DNA of 64,000 bases from Candidatus Bathyarchaeota archaeon (GTDB lineage Archaea > Thermoproteota > Bathyarchaeia > Bathyarchaeales > Bathycorpusculaceae): assembly GCA_963777155.1 (NCBI GenBank), contig CAVZPM010000001.1:160001-224000 (forward strand), read 5' to 3'. Numbering within the stretch: the first letter of the stretch is position 1; every line of letters starts with the position of its first letter. A program made the translations under genes and the position numbers. The notes under the pieces were generated by a model. The model saw only the letters and a program-made list of their open reading frames with translations. It had not been told where the DNA came from and ran no database searches. This document shows, piece by piece, positions 20,066 through 29,110 of this stretch.

Positions 20066-20762
20066 TTGAAGAGTAATATGATTGCTATGATTGGCAAATC
20101 AATAGCAAGAATTACATTCGCGTTGATACTCATTTTCTTATTAGCTGGACTACAATTTAGCAAGCCAGCAGAAGCTAATCCCTTTTGGATTTACCACTTA
20201 ATTGAGCCAATTCCAGGTACAATCCCCCCAAAAATAATAATGTTTAGCCCGCAAAACAGCACAATATACCCTTCAGATAATATTACAATCAGTTTTTATG
20301 TAGACAAACCCAAACTAGAAAATGCATGAATCATCCATAATTAACATTACTTATACATTGGATGATAAAACAGTCCAAGCCTTCACAATTTGGAAAAATG
20401 GAGGCGCTGGGTCAGATTCAGGGGTTCCAAACTTTAACACCTCTTTTACCTCACCCCCGTTATCCACAGGAAATCACAACTTAACTGTGTATGCTGAAGG
20501 CGTGTTATTTGCTGGTGATTTAGCCATTTTCTTCATGAATAGTTTCTCAACAATCTTTTTTACCATGGGCATTTCATCTTTAGAGCCAAGTCCTGCTCCC
20601 ACAACTAGCTCATTTATACCAACACCTACACCTATTGGATTAGTAAGTACTGATTCAAGCACTCTGGCTAACTTAGAATTAATCATGGCAGTAATAGTTG
20701 TTGCATGTGTATGCTTGATCGTAGGTTTATTGTTAAAAAGAAAACATGAAGTGAAGAGATAG
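20066..20762 (+). CDS. Secreted surface protein, Ig-like domain, C-terminal TM; split by a +1 insertion near 20322
   Basis: ...AEA|NP in the first ORF, 'LSTGNHNLTVYA' + TM + KRKH in the overlapping +1 ORF. Confidence 0.8.
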
Positions 20763-20765
20763 GAA

Positions 20766-21587
20766 TTGATGAAAAAAGAAATTGTAATAACGCTCACACT
20801 GGCACTTTTAATTTCAACATTGTCGGGTTCTTTGTTTTTTGAACCAGCAATGGCTAATCCTGAAGGCTCAATTCCAACTCTCTCTATGCCAGTAGAATAC
20901 ATCAACTATACCATAACAAGCATAAACGGCACGTTGTGGGCAAAGATTGATGGAGACTACCCTATTTATCTTCTGAAACAACCTGATTGTAGCTTTGCTG
21001 GTGACTTACCAATGGTTTACCCCATGCCTCCACAAACAACCAACATAAGAGTAAGCTTAGATGGCAAAGAAATGAGTTGGAGCAACTATACCCAAAGTTA
21101 TGCTGAAGCTCTGCACCATACTGCTATAGGTGACTGGTGGATGATTTATGCCAATCTTGAGAATGTCTCAGACTATTTTGAACTGAGAATTCACTATGAG
21201 CATCCACTTGAAATGGTCAATGGGTCTTATCTTTTCCTCTATGACCTAAACATAAGCCCATACCTGACATTGCAGAGTAATAACTCAACAGCATATTTTA
21301 AAGTGTACATGGAGACTAACTTCGCAAGCCTAAAAGCTTATACCACACAGACCGACATCAAATGGAACCCAGAGAATTTTACTCTAACAAAAAATGGCTC
21401 AACAGAAGTTGTTTCAGTACAGATGTATTCTGAATATGGAAAGCCTTTGGCAGGTGATTTAGTGGTAGAATTCTCTCAAAACAGACAGGTTAGCGAGTTT
21501 CCCCTATGGACTTTGACTGCAATTTCAATAGGCGCATTATTGGGTGCTTTGCTATACAAGAGAAAAACTGCAAAACAATTCTACTAA
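20766..21587 (+). CDS. Secreted surface protein with SEFP-type C-terminal anchor
   Basis: ...AMA|NP, 'VSEFP'+TM+YKRK. Confidence 0.85.
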   Translation: MMKKEIVITLTLALLISTLSGSLFFEPAMANPEGSIPTLSMPVEYINYTITSINGTLWAKIDGDYPIYLLKQPDCSFAGDLPMVYPMPPQTTNIRVSLDGKEMSWSNYTQSYAEALHHTAIGDWWMIYANLENVSDYFELRIHYEHPLEMVNGSYLFLYDLNISPYLTLQSNNSTAYFKVYMETNFASLKAYTTQTDIKWNPENFTLTKNGSTEVVSVQMYSEYGKPLAGDLVVEFSQNRQVSEFPLWTLTAISIGALLGALLYKRKTAKQFY

Positions 21588-21625
21588 ACCAGTCAAACTC
21601 CGCTTTAGGTTGTAGCTGGACGGGA

Positions 21626-21660
21626 TTAGTCAACAATCTTTGACGAAAAGCCATATAAAA
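21626..21660 (+). promoter_or_regulatory. TTAGTCAA-N6-TTGACGAA operator abutting a BRE/TATA-like element (AAAAGCCATATAAA)
   Basis: 15/16 match to the 7499-7520 palindrome arms; about 50 nt upstream of ATG 21711. Confidence 0.6.
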
Positions 21661-21710
21661 TATCTGTAATCTATTTGCACTTGTCTTATATCCTGAAAAG
21701 TTGTCTACAA

Positions 21711-22539
21711 ATGACACACCAGATAAAAAATAAAAAAATCTTCTTCACCATTATACTTGGTTTGATAGTGGCATCTGGACAAATTTGCGTTGGGCATTCA
21801 GCGTCTTCTTCCAGATCAGAATAGGGCGTTAGCGTTCATTGAAAACGTACTTCCAATGGATATTTCCAAATTTAACATTGAGCTCAAAGTTGACAGCAAT
21901 GCATCAGATATTTCTAAGGAACTTGGTACGCATGGCAACTTGACCAAAAACGATAGAGTGTTGATTTATTTTTTAGGCTCAATGGTTGGCACTGCGGACA
22001 GTTTGGACGTCATTTTTGTAATTCGTGACAATATTTTTTTCCAAGGTGTAGTGGATATTGATCATGCTCCCTCTTATGGTGAATTCGGCGACTCAACAAA
22101 GGTAGATGATGTCAAAGATTTTCTCCTAAATTACCAGAACTGGTCAGGGCTTGATTCAACAAAAATGGTGGAAATGTTGTCAAATATCGACTTAGCTCAA
22201 GACGTTAACATAAGTTCAGGGGATCTAACGATGACTATCCAAAATACCGATGTTTCAAATAATCTGATGGAGATCCGTTGGGCAAACGCCTCTAGTGGAG
22301 TTAACGTAGAGTTTGATGTTTCATTTAAGAAAGGGTTTCCAGTTAGCTTCTATGATGAGCGCCAGATTCTTTCAAGCACCCCCACATCAATGCCAACTAT
22401 CAATACTGGTCCGGAACCACCGCAAACAGAGCCTTTTCCGACAACCTTTGCCGTGGCAACCATATTATTGGTGGCTGCTCTGGTTGCTGTCTTGCTGATT
22501 TACTTTATGAAACGCCGCCAAAAGGCTGCACAAGTATGA
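21711..22539 (+). CDS. Secreted surface protein with EPFP anchor; signal peptide separated by a +1 insertion near 21810
   Basis: ATG 21711 MTHQIKNKKIFFTIILGLIVASGQICVGHSASS joins the 21790 ORF; 'TEPFPTT'+TM+MKRRQK. Confidence 0.8.
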
Positions 22540-22552
22540 TAGCTCCAATATC

Positions 22553-22593
22553 TGTTCCTGTATGAGAACACAATGTTCCTTGAGTAGAACTAA
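22553..22593. promoter_or_regulatory. Motif pair TGTTCCTGTATGAGAACA-CAA-TGTTCCTTGAGTAGAACTA
   Basis: Second element is 18/19 identical to 17541-17559. Confidence 0.6.
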
Positions 22594-22630
22594 ATGCCAC
22601 ACTAACGTCATTGTTTCAGTGTGATGGAGC

Positions 22631-23515
22631 ATGAAAAAGGCAGGAGTTCTGACCACAACCTTCGTTTTAGTCCTTTTTCTTTTAGCCTCATTCTTCATTG
22701 ACCTTCAAACCGCTAAGGCACAACCAAGGATTTCGTCGCCTGCCCAGACTATGGAAGATGAGCCCTACTCTTACGGTATCAATATCAGTTCTCCAACTAA
22801 CACTACCTACAGCTCAAATTCATTATTGCTAAACGTCACAGTAAGACGCCCGGTTAGCCCAAACGATTACGAATTCAAAATAATGTATAGCCTAAATGGA
22901 GATGCTAACGTCACTGTCCCGTCAACAGCAACCTTCTATGATAAGTCCACTCCAGATAGCATCCAGAGTTTCCTTGCCTCCTACACCTTAGCAAAAGGCG
23001 TTGCTTCTTTGTCCAACCTTTCAGAGGGTTCATATTACCTAACAGTCTATGGAATATATGAGCACAGAGGTCCGACAGCAGGAACAAATTGGCCAGCGGT
23101 AATGCATGACATCCAAACAGTCTATTTTTTGATAAATGACGGCGTTCCTCCATCCATAAAAACACTGCAAATTCAAAATGTAACTTACGAAAATATTTTG
23201 CCGTTAAATTTCAGTGTTGATGATCCAATTAGTTGGATGGGTTACAGTTTAGATGAGAAAGCAAACGTCACCTTTACTGGGAATACGACCCTAAGCGGGT
23301 TGGCGTATGGGTCTCATGTTTTGGCGGTTTATGCAAACGACACCTTTGGAAACATGGGAACAACCGGAAACCTGAATTTCACCATAGCGAATCCCGTTGC
23401 TTTCCCCACGGTTCAGACGGTTCCTGTGGCGTTTGTTTTAATTGCTATTGTCATTGTGGCGGCTGCTAGTTTACTGTTCTACCACAAAAAACACAAACGC
23501 AAAGGTGTTTTCTAG
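22631..23515 (+). CDS. Secreted surface protein, two Ig-like domains, AFPT-type anchor
   Basis: ...AKA|QP, 'LSEGSYYLTVY', 'LAYGSHVLAVYANDTFGN', TM+KKHKRK. Confidence 0.85.
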   Translation: MKKAGVLTTTFVLVLFLLASFFIDLQTAKAQPRISSPAQTMEDEPYSYGINISSPTNTTYSSNSLLLNVTVRRPVSPNDYEFKIMYSLNGDANVTVPSTATFYDKSTPDSIQSFLASYTLAKGVASLSNLSEGSYYLTVYGIYEHRGPTAGTNWPAVMHDIQTVYFLINDGVPPSIKTLQIQNVTYENILPLNFSVDDPISWMGYSLDEKANVTFTGNTTLSGLAYGSHVLAVYANDTFGNMGTTGNLNFTIANPVAFPTVQTVPVAFVLIAIVIVAAASLLFYHKKHKRKGVF

Positions 23516-23531
23516 ATATTTTTTCTAAATA

Positions 23532-23801
23532 TTAGAGCATTTTTGAGAAATCATCATACACTTTACTTCTATGGTCTACAAAAAGAATGACTACTTGTTT
23601 TTTGTCTCGATCTATCTCGTAGATTACTCGATAGTCGCCTACTCTTAGGCTCCAGAAATCTGATTGCTTTAGAGCTTTTCCGATTTTGTCGGGGTTTTCA
23701 CGTAGTTGCTTTGCGCTCTCGATTATTCTTGTGCGGATATGTCTTTCAGTTTTTTGGAGTTCTTTTGCTGCTTTAGGGTGTAGGAGTACTTTGAAGCTCA
23801 C
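23532..23801 (-). CDS. relE: RelE/ParE-family type II toxin
   Basis: 'FKVLLHPKAAKEL', 'WSLRVGDYRVIYEID', 'HRSKVY'. Confidence 0.9.
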   Translation of the reverse strand: MSFKVLLHPKAAKELQKTERHIRTRIIESAKQLRENPDKIGKALKQSDFWSLRVGDYRVIYEIDRDKKQVVILFVDHRSKVYDDFSKML

Positions 23802-24028
23802 TCTATTTCCTCTATGGGGATGAGGGATTCTGGGTGTTGTTTTGCTTCTTCGCTTCGCTTCATGAGCATGTTAAAGAAGACGCATGTTTTTTCGCGTTCT
23901 TGGTAGTGTGATATGATTGATTTTATGGCGTCGCTTCGATTTTTGAAGCGTCCTTCTGCTACCCAATTGTCTATTTCTTCGAGGGTTTTTCGTGGAAGAC
24001 GCAATTGTACTTGAGCCAAATAAACCAC
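23798..24028 (-). CDS. Ribbon-helix-helix (CopG-like) antitoxin
   Basis: 'VQLRLPRKTLEEIDNWVAEGRFKNRSDAIK'; 4-nt overlap with the toxin gene. Confidence 0.88.
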   Translation of the reverse strand: MVYLAQVQLRLPRKTLEEIDNWVAEGRFKNRSDAIKSIISHYQEREKTCVFFNMLMKRSEEAKQHPESLIPIEEIE

Positions 24029-24048
24029 TGTAAACAGTACTGTTTACA
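24029..24048. promoter_or_regulatory. Perfect 20-bp palindrome TGTAAACAGTACTGTTTACA, probable TA autoregulatory operator
   Basis: Lies between a minus-strand TTTAAG TATA-like box and the antitoxin start. Confidence 0.75.
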
Positions 24049-24123
24049 ATCCACTTAAACATTTCCTTAGCATCCCTTTAGATGCACAAACTTGGATAAG
24101 TGGCTGCATAACTGGAAGAGGTC

Positions 24124-24435
24124 TTAGATAACATAGGTTTCTTGTATGGTTACTAAGCCGTTGTCACCCACAATTAACTTTAGATCAGGCAATAGTGGTT
24201 CAAGCTTCTCTTGAGTGTCAACCACTTCGATAATCAACGGCATATTTACCTGCACACCCTCGAGGTGCATTGTTGATTTTCCGCGTTTGCCAAACCCGTT
24301 TACACCAGTCCAAACGGTGGCGCCTTCGATGTGCGCTTTCATGAGGCAATCCATAATGAGTGCTTGCAGCCGTTTGCCGCCGACTTCATCGTTCTTCTTG
24401 ATTCTGATGGTTAAATTCCACATTTTTTGTCTCAA
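24124..24435 (-). CDS. DUF190 (PII-like) protein
   Basis: 'IEGATVWTGVNGFG', 'PLIIEVVD', 'GLVTIQ'; usual crcB neighbour. Confidence 0.88.
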   Translation of the reverse strand: MRQKMWNLTIRIKKNDEVGGKRLQALIMDCLMKAHIEGATVWTGVNGFGKRGKSTMHLEGVQVNMPLIIEVVDTQEKLEPLLPDLKLIVGDNGLVTIQETYVI

Positions 24436-24821
24436 CGCACAAACCTCGCCATGATTTCGTCGCCAAGTAGTCTGCCGCCAAACACCGCTCCAAGCGACAA
24501 GCCCACGTTTGCTAGAATGTTTAGTGCCAGCAGGCTAAAACGGTTGCTGTCAAACAGGTTGCTGGTTTCCAGCGCGAAGGAAGACATGGTTGTGAAGGAA
24601 CCGCAGAACCCAACCGCTACGAGCAAGGTGTACTGTGGATCCAAATTTAACCCAACTGACATGATTGAGAACAAGCCCAAGATAAAACTGCCAATTACGT
24701 TAACTGCCAACACGTTGACGGGCAACCCATAAAACGCCACTGGAGACTCAACCATTTTGTAACGTAGAAAAGCACCTACAACTGCGCCTACCGCCAAGAG
24801 AGCAAACTCGATCCACTTCAT
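24432..24821 (-). CDS. crcB: Fluoride efflux channel Fluc/CrcB
   Basis: 'GAVVGAFLRY', 'NVIGSFILG', 'GFCGSFTTMSSF'; ATG at 24821. Confidence 0.93.
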   Translation of the reverse strand: MKWIEFALLAVGAVVGAFLRYKMVESPVAFYGLPVNVLAVNVIGSFILGLFSIMSVGLNLDPQYTLLVAVGFCGSFTTMSSFALETSNLFDSNRFSLLALNILANVGLSLGAVFGGRLLGDEIMARFVR

Positions 24822-24843
24822 ATGCTTACCTTCCAATTGTTAG

Positions 24844-24907
24844 GTAGGCATTATCAGCACCCGTTGCGGCTGCGGTTTTGGCGTTTGCCACGGCTAATGC
24901 CATAGCC
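24844..24907 (-). ncRNA. Fluoride riboswitch (crcB motif)
   Basis: Minus strand GGCUAUGGCAUUAGCC...AAACCGCA...UGCUGAUAAUGCCUAC: P1 GGCUA/UAGCC, pseudoknot GGCAUUA/UAAUGCC; ends 23 nt before the crcB ATG. Confidence 0.88.
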
Positions 24908-25045
24908 AAACACCCTTGCAGCTTTTAGTTATTAAAACTTTATCGCCTAAAAACACAAATTGTGTCTTCCGATTGAGCGTTTGTTTTTGATGATGAGCTA
25001 ATGCTATATATTACCTGATTTAATACTTCAAAGTGGATTAGAAAC

Positions 25046-25972
25046 ATGGCTGTTCAAAACTCCGATGTAGCAGTGGTTGGTCACTTCTCGATCGACACCA
25101 TCAATTTACCGAGCAGAACAGCCCCCTTTGTTATCGTAGGCGGCGCAGCAACCTACACTTCAATGGCTGCTAGATGTTTAGATGCCACCGTTTCGGTTAT
25201 CTCTAAGGTTGGTGGGAACTTTCCGCAAGCATACCTTTGGTGGCTAAGCCAAGAAGGCATCGACGTTTCCGCCGTCACAAAAATTGCAGGGGAGCAGACA
25301 ACCTGCTTTGAGCTTACCTACAGCAAAGACCTCTCCGAACGCACCTTAAAGCTCAAGAGCAAAGGACCGCCCCTAAGCCCTAAGGATGTGCCCAAGGATT
25401 TTCATGCAAAAGCAGTTCACATTGCCCCTATAGCCAACGAAATTCCCTTTGAATTAGTGGAAGAACTCAAGCAACGTGCTGATCTTTTGTCGCTTGACCC
25501 GCAGGGTTTGCTTCGAAGCTTCGACGTTGATGGGAACGTCTCGAACAACGCCGAAATAGACAATCGAATCTTTGGTCTAATCAACATCTACAAGTCCTCC
25601 CAAAACGAAATCTACGCATTAACTGGTGAATCAGAACTTAAACCCGCAATAAAGGCAATCCACGATGTAGGCGTTGAAACAGTCCTAGTAACAATGGGCG
25701 CCAAAGGTTCCGTACTATCAGTCGAAGGAGCCCAATACAATATTGACGCTTGCCCTTCACAGGTTCTTGTTGACCCAACAGGCGCAGGAGACGTCTTCAT
25801 CGGTGCCTTCCTGACCGAGTATCTGCGGCAAAAAGAATCCCTGTGGTGTGCCAGTGTCGGTTCAGCTGCAGCATCATGCGTTGTTGAGGGGATAGGTCCC
25901 ACTTACTTTGGCAAAAAAGAAGAGATCTATCGAAGAGCCACAGAGTTGTATGAAAAGAAACTTAAGCAATAG
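25046..25972 (+). CDS. PfkB-family carbohydrate/nucleoside kinase
   Basis: 'GGAATY', 'DPQG', 'DPTGAGDVF'. Confidence 0.92.
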   Translation: MAVQNSDVAVVGHFSIDTINLPSRTAPFVIVGGAATYTSMAARCLDATVSVISKVGGNFPQAYLWWLSQEGIDVSAVTKIAGEQTTCFELTYSKDLSERTLKLKSKGPPLSPKDVPKDFHAKAVHIAPIANEIPFELVEELKQRADLLSLDPQGLLRSFDVDGNVSNNAEIDNRIFGLINIYKSSQNEIYALTGESELKPAIKAIHDVGVETVLVTMGAKGSVLSVEGAQYNIDACPSQVLVDPTGAGDVFIGAFLTEYLRQKESLWCASVGSAAASCVVEGIGPTYFGKKEEIYRRATELYEKKLKQ

Positions 25973-26011
25973 CATCATATGTACGTAGTTAAACTTGACG
26001 AGGCATTGATT

Positions 26012-26212
26012 ATGGGGCGTATAGACAAAGGAGAAAAATGCAGCGTTTGCGGCAAAATCGCAGAGCGTTCATTATCAGCTGACAAAGTTAAGGCTGCCGG
26101 ATTAAGTGTTGGCAGCGCAGATAAACGTGCTTACCTCTGCAAAGACCACTACAAAGAGTTCAAGAAGAAAACCAAGAAAGACAAAACCCTAGATAAATGG
26201 CGTTACGGTTAA
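26012..26212 (+). CDS. Small basic Zn-binding protein (CxxC...CxxH)
   Basis: MGRIDKGEKCSVCG...YLCKDHYKEFKK; lies between pfkB and thrS. Confidence 0.75.
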   Translation: MGRIDKGEKCSVCGKIAERSLSADKVKAAGLSVGSADKRAYLCKDHYKEFKKKTKKDKTLDKWRYG

Positions 26213-26224
26213 AGAGGCATCTAT

Positions 26225-28123
26225 ATGCGAATTTTACAGTTACACTCTAACTTTATAGTTTTCAAACCCGTCGAAAAAGAAATCAACATTGCCGAAGAGG
26301 CTGAAAAGGTTGAGAACCGCGTTGAAGAAGTCGTCGTGCTCTTCACTGCCATAGAAGAAGGCGACAACTCCGCGATGGCGCAGAAAGCCATCAACGACGT
26401 CAGAGCTTTCTTGGGTAAACTCAAAGTTAACCGCATCCTCATCTACCCGTTTGCTCACCTCAGCAGCAACCTCTCCCAGCCCAGCGAAGCCCTAAAAATA
26501 ATCAAGGACATGGAAGCATACGCCAAAGAGAAAGGCATCGAAACCTACCGTGCCCCATTTGGCTGGAACAAACAGTTCACCTTATCCATCAAGGGACATC
26601 CGCTTGCTGAGCAAGCCCGCAGCTATGCTCCTTCACCGGTCGCAACTGAAGCCCAAGCTGTCTGCGAGGGCAAAAAAGAGGAAGAACCCGTCTCTGCTGC
26701 TCTGAAAGCCGAAGACACTATGAAATCTTACTGGCACATTCTTCAAACTGACGGCTCCTTGGTGCCCGTTGAAGAGTTCAAGTTTAAAGGGCACGTTAAT
26801 CTCCAAAAGTTCTCTCAGTACGAAATCAAAAAGACCCGTGCAGTCACAGTTATGCCACCCCACGTGCCATTGATGAAGCGGCTGGAAATCGCCGATTACG
26901 AACCCGGCAGCGACCCAGGCAACATCCGCTGGTACCCCAAGGGACGCATGATAAAATCACTACTCGAACAGTACGTTACTAACCGGGTTGCCGCTTACGG
27001 AGGCATGGAAGTCGAAACCCCCCTAATGTACGACTTCAACCATCCCAGCCTCAAAAGCTACCTAAACCGCTTCCCAGCACGCCAATACGTCCTCAAATCC
27101 GAAGACAAAGAGCTCTTCCTCAGGTTTGCAGCATGCTTCGGCCAATTTCTGATGGCGCACGATGCCCAGTTCAGCTACAAACAGATGCCCATAAAACTCT
27201 ACGAACTTACCCGCTACAGTTTCCGCCGAGAAAAAAGCGGTGAAGTCGTTGGCTTAAAACGACTACGTGCATTCACCATGCCTGACTGCCATGCATTGTG
27301 CACTGACCTTGAACAAGCCAAAAAAGAATTCATGATACGCTTCGACCTATGCATCGATGTTCTTGCAAACATCGGCTTAGTCAAAGACGACTACGAGATT
27401 GCCATGCGTTTCACTAAAGACTTCTACGCTGAACACAAAGACTTCATAACGGAGCTGGCACAGAAATTCGGCAAACCCATCTTAGCAGAGGTTTGGAACG
27501 AACGATTCTTCTATTTCGCCCTGAAATGGGACCTTAACTTCATCGATAACCAGGACAAAGCCGCTGCACTTAGCACTGACCAAATCGACGTCGAAAACGC
27601 CAAACGCTACGAAATAACCTTCGTCGACGAAAAGGGTGAGAAACAGTATCCGCTGATTCTGCATTGTAGCCCAAGTGGCGCTATTGAACGAGATATCTAT
27701 GCGTTGCTGGAAAAGGCTTATCGTGAACAGATGGCGGGTAAAGCTCCGATGCTTCCGCTGTGGCTGTCGCCAACCCAGGTCAGGCTTATCCCGATTTCCG
27801 ATAAATTCCTCGACAAGATGCAGGAGCTCGCAACACAAATCAGTGCCCACTGCATCCGAGTTGACATCGACGACTCATCATCAACGTTGCAGAAGAAGAT
27901 ACGTGAAGCCGAGCAGGAATGGATCCCCTACATCATTGTTGTCGGCGAGAAAGAGATTGAATCTGGCAAGCTTTCAGTTAGAGTCCGTGAGCTTAAAGGT
28001 CAACAGCAAAACCTCACCACTGAACAGCTGATAGAGACCATTTCAGAAAAAATTGCAGGCAAACCCTACAAGCCATTGCCGTTGCCGCTGCTCATGTCGA
28101 AGCGTCCGCAGTTCCACGGTTAA
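26225..28123 (+). CDS. thrS: Threonine--tRNA ligase (archaeal N-terminal editing domain)
   Basis: 'MRILQLHS', 'YPFAHLS', 'LRFAACFG', 'FTMPDCH', 'LHCSPSGAIER'. Confidence 0.97.
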   Translation: MRILQLHSNFIVFKPVEKEINIAEEAEKVENRVEEVVVLFTAIEEGDNSAMAQKAINDVRAFLGKLKVNRILIYPFAHLSSNLSQPSEALKIIKDMEAYAKEKGIETYRAPFGWNKQFTLSIKGHPLAEQARSYAPSPVATEAQAVCEGKKEEEPVSAALKAEDTMKSYWHILQTDGSLVPVEEFKFKGHVNLQKFSQYEIKKTRAVTVMPPHVPLMKRLEIADYEPGSDPGNIRWYPKGRMIKSLLEQYVTNRVAAYGGMEVETPLMYDFNHPSLKSYLNRFPARQYVLKSEDKELFLRFAACFGQFLMAHDAQFSYKQMPIKLYELTRYSFRREKSGEVVGLKRLRAFTMPDCHALCTDLEQAKKEFMIRFDLCIDVLANIGLVKDDYEIAMRFTKDFYAEHKDFITELAQKFGKPILAEVWNERFFYFALKWDLNFIDNQDKAAALSTDQIDVENAKRYEITFVDEKGEKQYPLILHCSPSGAIERDIYALLEKAYREQMAGKAPMLPLWLSPTQVRLIPISDKFLDKMQELATQISAHCIRVDIDDSSSTLQKKIREAEQEWIPYIIVVGEKEIESGKLSVRVRELKGQQQNLTTEQLIETISEKIAGKPYKPLPLPLLMSKRPQFHG

Positions 28124-28217
28124 TAAAGCCGTTGTAAACGATTCATATGTATCATTGAGGTAAACTATATCAAACAATTGGACAATATGAAACAGTGATC
28201 CAAGGAGTGGAAAACAA

Positions 28218-29103
28218 ATGACCAACGAATTACAAGTCTACATCGACGGCGAATTCTACCCTAAGTCACAGGCTAAAATCTCCGTCTACGACCACGGATT
28301 CCTCTACGGCGACGGCGTTTTCGAGGGAATCCGCGAATACAACGGCGTGGTCTTCAAACTAAAAGAGCACATCGACCGTCTATACCGTAGTGCACACGCA
28401 ATAATGCTGGCCATTCCCATAACCAAAGCGGAAATGACCAAAGCCGTCGTTGAAACTTTGCACAGGAACAAAATGAAAGATTCCTACATCCGCTTAATTG
28501 TCTCACAGAGGAGTCGGCGACCTGGGATTGGACCCGCGCAAATGTCCAAAACCAACAACAATAATCATAACTGACACCATCAACATCAAGTCTGGCAACG
28601 CAAAAGAAGTCGGCGTAACCACCATGTTTAGTTGGGTTCGCCGAAACCCAGTCGATGCAACTACACACGAAATAAAATCACTAAACTACCTAAACAGCGT
28701 TCTAGCAAAAATTGAAGCCAACGCATGCGGCGTCGACGAAGCCATATGCCTTGAAAGCAACGGTTACATCGCAGAAGGCGTAGGCGAAAATGTCTTCATC
28801 GTCAAAGACGGAGAAGTCTTTACACCACCCACCTCAACAGGTGCTCTTGCAGGCATTACCGCAGATGTCGTTGCTGAACTGTGCGCAAAACTTGGCATAG
28901 ACCTCATTATTACTAACCTGACACCGTTTATGCTGTTCACTGCTGACGAAGCATTCTTCACTGGAACAGCTATGGAGATGGTTCCCATACGTGAAGTCAA
29001 CAAACGCCAAATCGGAAACGGAAAGCCGGGACCTATAACAAAGAAGCTGATGGCTGAGTTCCAGAAAGTAATCGAAGACCCCAAAAACGGCACAAAAATC
29101 TAA
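28218..29103 (+). CDS. ilvE: Branched-chain amino acid aminotransferase; +1 insertion near 28506
   Basis: '[15 protein letters not shown]', '[10 protein letters not shown]', 'KSLNYLN', 'FFTGTA'. Confidence 0.93.
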
Positions 29104-29110
29104 TTTTTTT

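Noticed and set aside
17430-24050. Integron-like cassette array with attC sites
   Set aside because: No integrase, no GTTRRRY/RYYYAAC cores seen, and several genes overlap directly with no intergenic site.
24988-25020. C/D box sRNA (ATGATGA...CTGA)
   Set aside because: Only about 30 nt between the boxes, no internal C'/D', and it overlaps the likely pfkB TATA box.
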